Position numbers and translations under genes: made by a program. Positions 59,441 to 64,000 of a DNA stretch of 64,000 nt are shown piece by piece. The stretch lies in contig OZ219919.1 in NCBI GenBank assembly GCA_964291415.2, positions 32,001 to 96,000 of the forward strand, given 5' to 3'. The first letter of the stretch is position 1, and the number at the start of each line of letters is the position of its first letter. The notes below the pieces were generated by a model that worked only from the letters and a program-made list of their open reading frames with translations, was not told the DNA's origin and searched no databases. The DNA is from Alphaproteobacteria bacterium (GTDB taxonomy: Bacteria; Pseudomonadota; Alphaproteobacteria; SP197).

Positions 59441-60001
59441 ATGCGTACCATCGAAGCTGTCAAGAGCCTGGCCGAGTGGGACCGCTACGGTTGGTCCGTG
59501 TTCACGCTCGCGGATCTGCGCAAACTCTTTCCGCACCGATCGGACAAGACGCTTTCCGAAAGCCTGCGGCGCATGGTGCAGCAGGGGGTGCTTGAGCGGG
59601 TGGCCAACGGGGTCTTCGTCAATCCCCTCTCGGGCCACAGCCGTGTCGGGCTGTTTGAACGGATTGCCTGTGCGATCCGCCACGGCGAATACAACTACAT
59701 CAGCCTGGAATCCGCCCTCTCGGAGTGGGGCGCGATCTCGCAGGTCCCGCAAGCCTATCTGACCGTCATGACGACCGGCAGGAAGGGCACTTTCAGGACT
59801 CCCTACGGCGTGATCGAATTCACCCACACCAGACGGTCGCCGGTGGATATCGCAAGGAACACGATCGAGAGAGGCCGTCCATTGCAGATTGCCACGGCAC
59901 CGGCAGCGCTACGTGATCTTCGGCGTGTGGGACGCAATCTGCATCTCGTCGATCTTGAAGAGATCCAGGAATGTATTGACGCGGAGAACCAGGCATCGTG
60001 A
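59441..60001 (+). CDS. Type IV toxin-antitoxin antitoxin, AbiEi family
   Basis: N-terminal wHTH (VFTLADL...L.RMV..GVLERVANGVF); YISLESALSEWG.ISQ.P, TVMTTGR, G.IEFTH. Confidence 0.88.
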   Translation: MRTIEAVKSLAEWDRYGWSVFTLADLRKLFPHRSDKTLSESLRRMVQQGVLERVANGVFVNPLSGHSRVGLFERIACAIRHGEYNYISLESALSEWGAISQVPQAYLTVMTTGRKGTFRTPYGVIEFTHTRRSPVDIARNTIERGRPLQIATAPAALRDLRRVGRNLHLVDLEEIQECIDAENQAS

Positions 60002-60882
60002 ACGAAGGAGGTATTCTCCGCGAACTGGCCGACATCGCTCTTCAGCGCAATCCCCAACTCGCGGGCATGGAAGTCATCGTCGAGAAGGAATTGCTGCACT
60101 ACGAACTGCTGAACGTTCTCCAGCGCGGGCGTTGGCTCGATGGTCTGACATTCCAGGGCGGTACGGCACTTCGACTGTGCCATGGGTCCTCCCGGCTGAA
60201 CGAGGACCTGGACTTTTCGGGCGGACCGGATTTTGCCGCCAGGTCCATGGACGGACTGGCCGCATTACTGGAGCAAACACTCTCCGACCGAGGGCTGTGT
60301 GTCGATGTAGGACCTCCGAAGGATCCCATCAGCCATCGCCCTTCAGGCGACGGCGTGTGCACCTGGCGCATCTCATTCGAAATCCGACCCCGCGGACGTG
60401 ACGTCCGCAGACAGATGGTCAAACTCGATATCGACAATGCGCCGACCTACACGGATGAACCGGGAGCAATTGCCCAGAATTACGGTGTGACGCGATCCTC
60501 CGAGATGCTCGTGCGTGTCCAGAGCCGGGAGGAGATCCTTGCCGGCAAGCTCGTGGCCTTTCCCGGCTCGGTAGCGAACCAGGACCGCCCACGCTACCGC
60601 GATGTCTGGGACATGAATTGGCTCACGAGGACCGGAACGGCAGTCCGGGCGGATCTTCTGCGCGCCAAGCTGGATGACCGGCGCCTTGACCGATCCCGGC
60701 TGGAGACCGCGGCAGCAAAGGCCGGGGACATCGTCCGGTCCTCAGCATTTGCTTCCGAGATGAGGCGATTCCTGCTGCCGCATGTTGTCGAGGACACACT
60801 CGACAACCCGATGTACATGGAGTTTCTCGCCACCGAGACCGCGCGCCTGATGCGGTTGGCCGATTCCTGTCTCGACGAATAG
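59998..60882 (+). CDS. Type IV toxin, AbiEii/AbiGii nucleotidyltransferase
   Basis: VEKELLH, FQGGTALRL, RLNEDLDF, K..AF, RYRDVWD; GTGA overlap with the antitoxin gene. Confidence 0.9.
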   Translation: MNEGGILRELADIALQRNPQLAGMEVIVEKELLHYELLNVLQRGRWLDGLTFQGGTALRLCHGSSRLNEDLDFSGGPDFAARSMDGLAALLEQTLSDRGLCVDVGPPKDPISHRPSGDGVCTWRISFEIRPRGRDVRRQMVKLDIDNAPTYTDEPGAIAQNYGVTRSSEMLVRVQSREEILAGKLVAFPGSVANQDRPRYRDVWDMNWLTRTGTAVRADLLRAKLDDRRLDRSRLETAAAKAGDIVRSSAFASEMRRFLLPHVVEDTLDNPMYMEFLATETARLMRLADSCLDE

Positions 60883-61045
60883 AACCGCAACAACTCCGGC
60901 CAGAGCCAATCAAGCCGCCGTTCCCCATCGACTGCGGGCGAGGTTTCGTCTCGGACCGGCATGTCGTCCGAATGATGCGAGGGGCGATCGCCCTCCTGGA
61001 ACAGCAGGACCCGGTCCAATGGCATGAACCTGCGGACGGTCGGGA

Positions 61046-61687
61046 TCATTCGATGACGAGGTCGCCGAGTTCCGCCTCGATGACGCCGTTGGTGTCATCG
61101 CTGTCCGCAGAGATGCCGAGACCGAGAAGGACGCCAGGTGGCATGCCAAAGGCCCGGCGAAAGTCGGCGTCGAGGTCGACGGATTCGGCGAATGTACCGT
61201 TCCCGGTTCCCCTGAGGGGAACAAGAACGCCGCGCGGCTCGAGGTAGGGGCTGCTGACGATCGTGCCGGGTTCGTGGTTTCCGCCCCGGACATAGACGAG
61301 GATGCGCACCGCCTCGTGCTGGAAGACCCGATCAGGGGAAGCATTCTCAAGGCCGCTTGCGAGCTCTTGCGGCGCGAACAGGAAATAGAGAGCGATGTTG
61401 CGATCGTCACCGCCCTTGAGCGAGAGATCCGTGGGCGCCACGCCCTGCTCCACCGACCAGTACCAGCTCGCCTGACGGGCATGGCGAACATCCGGCGGAG
61501 CGGAACGCCAGAGAACGGATACGCTGTCGTCGGACCGGATCTTCAGCCGGGTGCCTTCCTGGATGTACTCGTTGGCGGAGCGGAACAGAAAGGACTGGTC
61601 CTGCCAGCTTCCATCGAACATGACCGGGTTGGCCGAAGCCCACACAGGCGTGAGGAACAGGACGGCAAGAACGGCGATGGCTCTCAT
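61046..61687 (-). CDS. DUF3047 domain secreted protein
   Basis: Signal peptide; SW.WSV, DL..KGGDDR..ALYF.F, L.ADFRRAFG, SADSDDT. Confidence 0.85.
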   Translation of the reverse strand: MRAIAVLAVLFLTPVWASANPVMFDGSWQDQSFLFRSANEYIQEGTRLKIRSDDSVSVLWRSAPPDVRHARQASWYWSVEQGVAPTDLSLKGGDDRNIALYFLFAPQELASGLENASPDRVFQHEAVRILVYVRGGNHEPGTIVSSPYLEPRGVLVPLRGTGNGTFAESVDLDADFRRAFGMPPGVLLGLGISADSDDTNGVIEAELGDLVIE

Positions 61688-63978
61688 GATCCGTCCCGAC
61701 GGAAGAGATAGACGGGGCTCGACCAGGCCCGGTGACCATCCTCTGTCGTGACCCTGATCCACAGGGGATTGTCGCCGTCGTCATGGAGGGCGACGTCAAG
61801 GGTCTCGCTCATCCGCGTCACCGCCAAGTCTTCGGGAAGGCGCGTCAGGGAAACGTGGCGTTCCAGCCCGCCGGCATCGACCACGAGAGGTTCCTCGCCG
61901 ATATCCTGCAAGGGCACGGTGATGTCGACATGGCCCGCATCAAGCGCAATCTGGCCTGCCCACGACTCCAGGCCCGCATCGAACCCGACGAAGTTGCCGG
62001 TGGTGAGCACGTCGAAGACCACCTCGCTGTCGCCATGGCGATGGAGCGGGCGCTCGTGGTTCCAGGCACAGACGGTGGAGAAACTCCGGATGCCGCTCCC
62101 ATCGAACCGGGCCCTGCCCTGCCATCGGGTCTGCCGGCCGCGGCCGCGGTATTCGGCGCCGTGAAAGAGAACCCTCAGCCTCGTGTCGGTGGTATCGGAC
62201 CGGTATCCCGGCAGGGACGCGACCACGCCGGCGCCATTGAGGGCGTCGATGCGCAGGATCGGCGAGTGCGTGACCACATCGAGATGGAGACGGGCGACCT
62301 CCAGCTCGGTCGAGGCAATGTCGCCCATGACGAGGGTCGAGGCAGGACAGGATTCCACGGGACCAAGCCGGGGGTCCGTGTCGAAACGGGCGGCCGGTTC
62401 ATCGAACGTCACACGCACATCCATGTGGAGACGGCACCCGGTGGTCCCGTAGTGATGCCTGCGGCGAAGCGACCGGAAGATGCCGTCCCGGGTGAGGCGA
62501 TCGGCGAGAAAGCAGGTCAGGCCACCGTAGGCGCCGAACTCGGAGGCCCCGGGATGGGACGCTCCCGGACGGCCCTTGTGCACGTCGCTGTTGCAGACGA
62601 GGCCGTGGCGATAGCCGAGGGCGAAACTCTCCGCCATCAGCCACTCGAAGGTGCCCCAGTTCGAGTGGATCTCCACCGCCGTGCGGAGCGAGCCTCCGTC
62701 GGCCGCCGCGATGTCCGCCGGACGTCCGCCAATATGGGCAAACACCACGCAATCCTCGTCAGAAAGAGCTTCGAAGAGTGCGCCCGAGGTGTTGACGTCG
62801 CTGGAAGGGCCGACGCTCTCAAGTAGCAGCGCGCGGGACGAACGGCGGATGGCGCGTCCCTCGTTCCGGAAGAAGACATTGTGGTCACCCCCCATGGAGG
62901 TGTTGCCGGACCACTCGTAACCCGGGAACGTCACGAAACGCCCATCCTCGTTGAAGGCCGCGGCAACATCGTTGATGCGCTGCCAGAACAGATCATTGAT
63001 CTGAAAGTCGTTGGCCTGGTGGCTCGTGACGTCGAGAAAGGCGCGGTCGCGGGCGAACGAGAAGTACTCCTCGATCGTGTTGATCCCGACGGTTTCTCCG
63101 CTCTGGCCGTGGAGGTCGCCCCAGAAGGTCTCCGGAACGCCCGCCTCCACCACGAGCGGGTTCGACGTGGCGAGTTTGCGGCCGTCCGGGGACAAGAGCC
63201 TCACGGTCACGTCCCCTTCGGCCGGGCAGGACAGGCCCTCGATACGCAGGAACTCTTCGCCAGGAGGCCAGTCGATGGCGGGCGGCAGGCCTGTGATCGT
63301 TCCGCTCGCCGCAAGGTGAAACGGGCCTTCCACCTTGCCGGTGGGGTTGCTCCACCCATCCTCCGCCCGGATCGACAGTGCAAAGGACGATCCGGGCCGC
63401 CGCCTTGTCGGCAGAACGACATGCCAGGACACGGCCTCTCCAGGGACCACCGTGACGAATGGGCGGTCGGGAACGGGAAGGAAGTGACCCGTGGCACAGG
63501 CATCAACAAGCACCCGGAACTCGTGAGCACTCTCGGTAAAGGTCTGCATGCGCAGCCCGGGTGAACCCCCCGAACGATCTCCGAACACCACCTCGATCCG
63601 GTCACCACAGGCCATGGATCCGTGCGTGACGACGATCCTGAGCGAACGGTCCCAGGGTCTCTGGTGTCCGCCCGGCTCCACCATGGTTACCAGGCGACAG
63701 CCGTTGCTGGCCCTTGCGGAACAGTAGTTCATGGCTGCCGGATCGTCGGTCTGCCAGCGCCCCCCGTCGTTCGCAAAGCGCTGGACGATCTTGATGCCGC
63801 CCGTGTCGTCGAGGCCGAAGCGTCCGACGGTGTAGGTGAGGACAAAAGTCTGGAAGGAGCGGATCTCCACCGGTTCCTGCGGCCACAGTGACGCCGCTCC
63901 CCGGTCTCCCGGATCGGCGCCCGGCTGCGCAGCCGGCCACACCTCGCCCATCAGGTCCATCGCAATCGGCCCGGGCAT
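61684..63978 (-). CDS. DUF3604 domain protein (PHP-like metallohydrolase fold)
   Basis: WGDLHGQSGET, HQANDF, PGYEWS, GGDHNV, EIHS.WG, NSDVHKGRPG, YGTTG, AWSSP. Confidence 0.85.
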   Translation of the reverse strand: MPGPIAMDLMGEVWPAAQPGADPGDRGAASLWPQEPVEIRSFQTFVLTYTVGRFGLDDTGGIKIVQRFANDGGRWQTDDPAAMNYCSARASNGCRLVTMVEPGGHQRPWDRSLRIVVTHGSMACGDRIEVVFGDRSGGSPGLRMQTFTESAHEFRVLVDACATGHFLPVPDRPFVTVVPGEAVSWHVVLPTRRRPGSSFALSIRAEDGWSNPTGKVEGPFHLAASGTITGLPPAIDWPPGEEFLRIEGLSCPAEGDVTVRLLSPDGRKLATSNPLVVEAGVPETFWGDLHGQSGETVGINTIEEYFSFARDRAFLDVTSHQANDFQINDLFWQRINDVAAAFNEDGRFVTFPGYEWSGNTSMGGDHNVFFRNEGRAIRRSSRALLLESVGPSSDVNTSGALFEALSDEDCVVFAHIGGRPADIAAADGGSLRTAVEIHSNWGTFEWLMAESFALGYRHGLVCNSDVHKGRPGASHPGASEFGAYGGLTCFLADRLTRDGIFRSLRRRHHYGTTGCRLHMDVRVTFDEPAARFDTDPRLGPVESCPASTLVMGDIASTELEVARLHLDVVTHSPILRIDALNGAGVVASLPGYRSDTTDTRLRVLFHGAEYRGRGRQTRWQGRARFDGSGIRSFSTVCAWNHERPLHRHGDSEVVFDVLTTGNFVGFDAGLESWAGQIALDAGHVDITVPLQDIGEEPLVVDAGGLERHVSLTRLPEDLAVTRMSETLDVALHDDGDNPLWIRVTTEDGHRAWSSPVYLFRRDGS

Positions 63979-64000
63979 GACGGTCTCCTCCCCGACGACA

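Overview
High-GC alphaproteobacterial chromosome segment. The core synteny prfB-mrcA-amiC-rne and M48-aroQ-accB-accC-aat-DUF2155-mlaD-NDUFA12 resembles Rhodospirillales-like lineages. The accessory content suggests, by inference only, a marine and possibly animal/sponge-associated mixotroph: aprBA, a TMAO demethylase-like DUF1989-GcvT protein, an MttB-family methyltransferase, a hydroxylysine kinase/phospho-lyase-type fusion, an orphan Sfp-type PPTase and a secreted ankyrin-SH3-MORN-like protein. Other features are a TPP riboswitch-led thiDOSGE-tenA operon, an AbiEi/AbiEii type IV TA pair and the prfB +1 programmed frameshift. The most notable sequence-level observations are: (1) a ~1846-bp tandem duplication of a solute-binding-protein gene with a visible junction, clustered amino-acid divergence and covarying terminator hairpins; (2) a ~4-kb eroded island between hslV and dusA holding the ankyrin mosaic protein between an HTH-like relic and a collapsed type IV TA relic; (3) an AbiEii toxin with Asn at the Ser/Thr phospho-switch position; (4) a 29-codon ORF bridging thiE and tenA; (5) two 1-nt frameshifts (hslU and an Nfn-like oxidoreductase) that may be assembly errors. 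No CRISPR array, rRNA, tRNA or intact transposase/integrase was recognised. I cannot claim a confirmed new system; the candidates below are hypotheses with tests.
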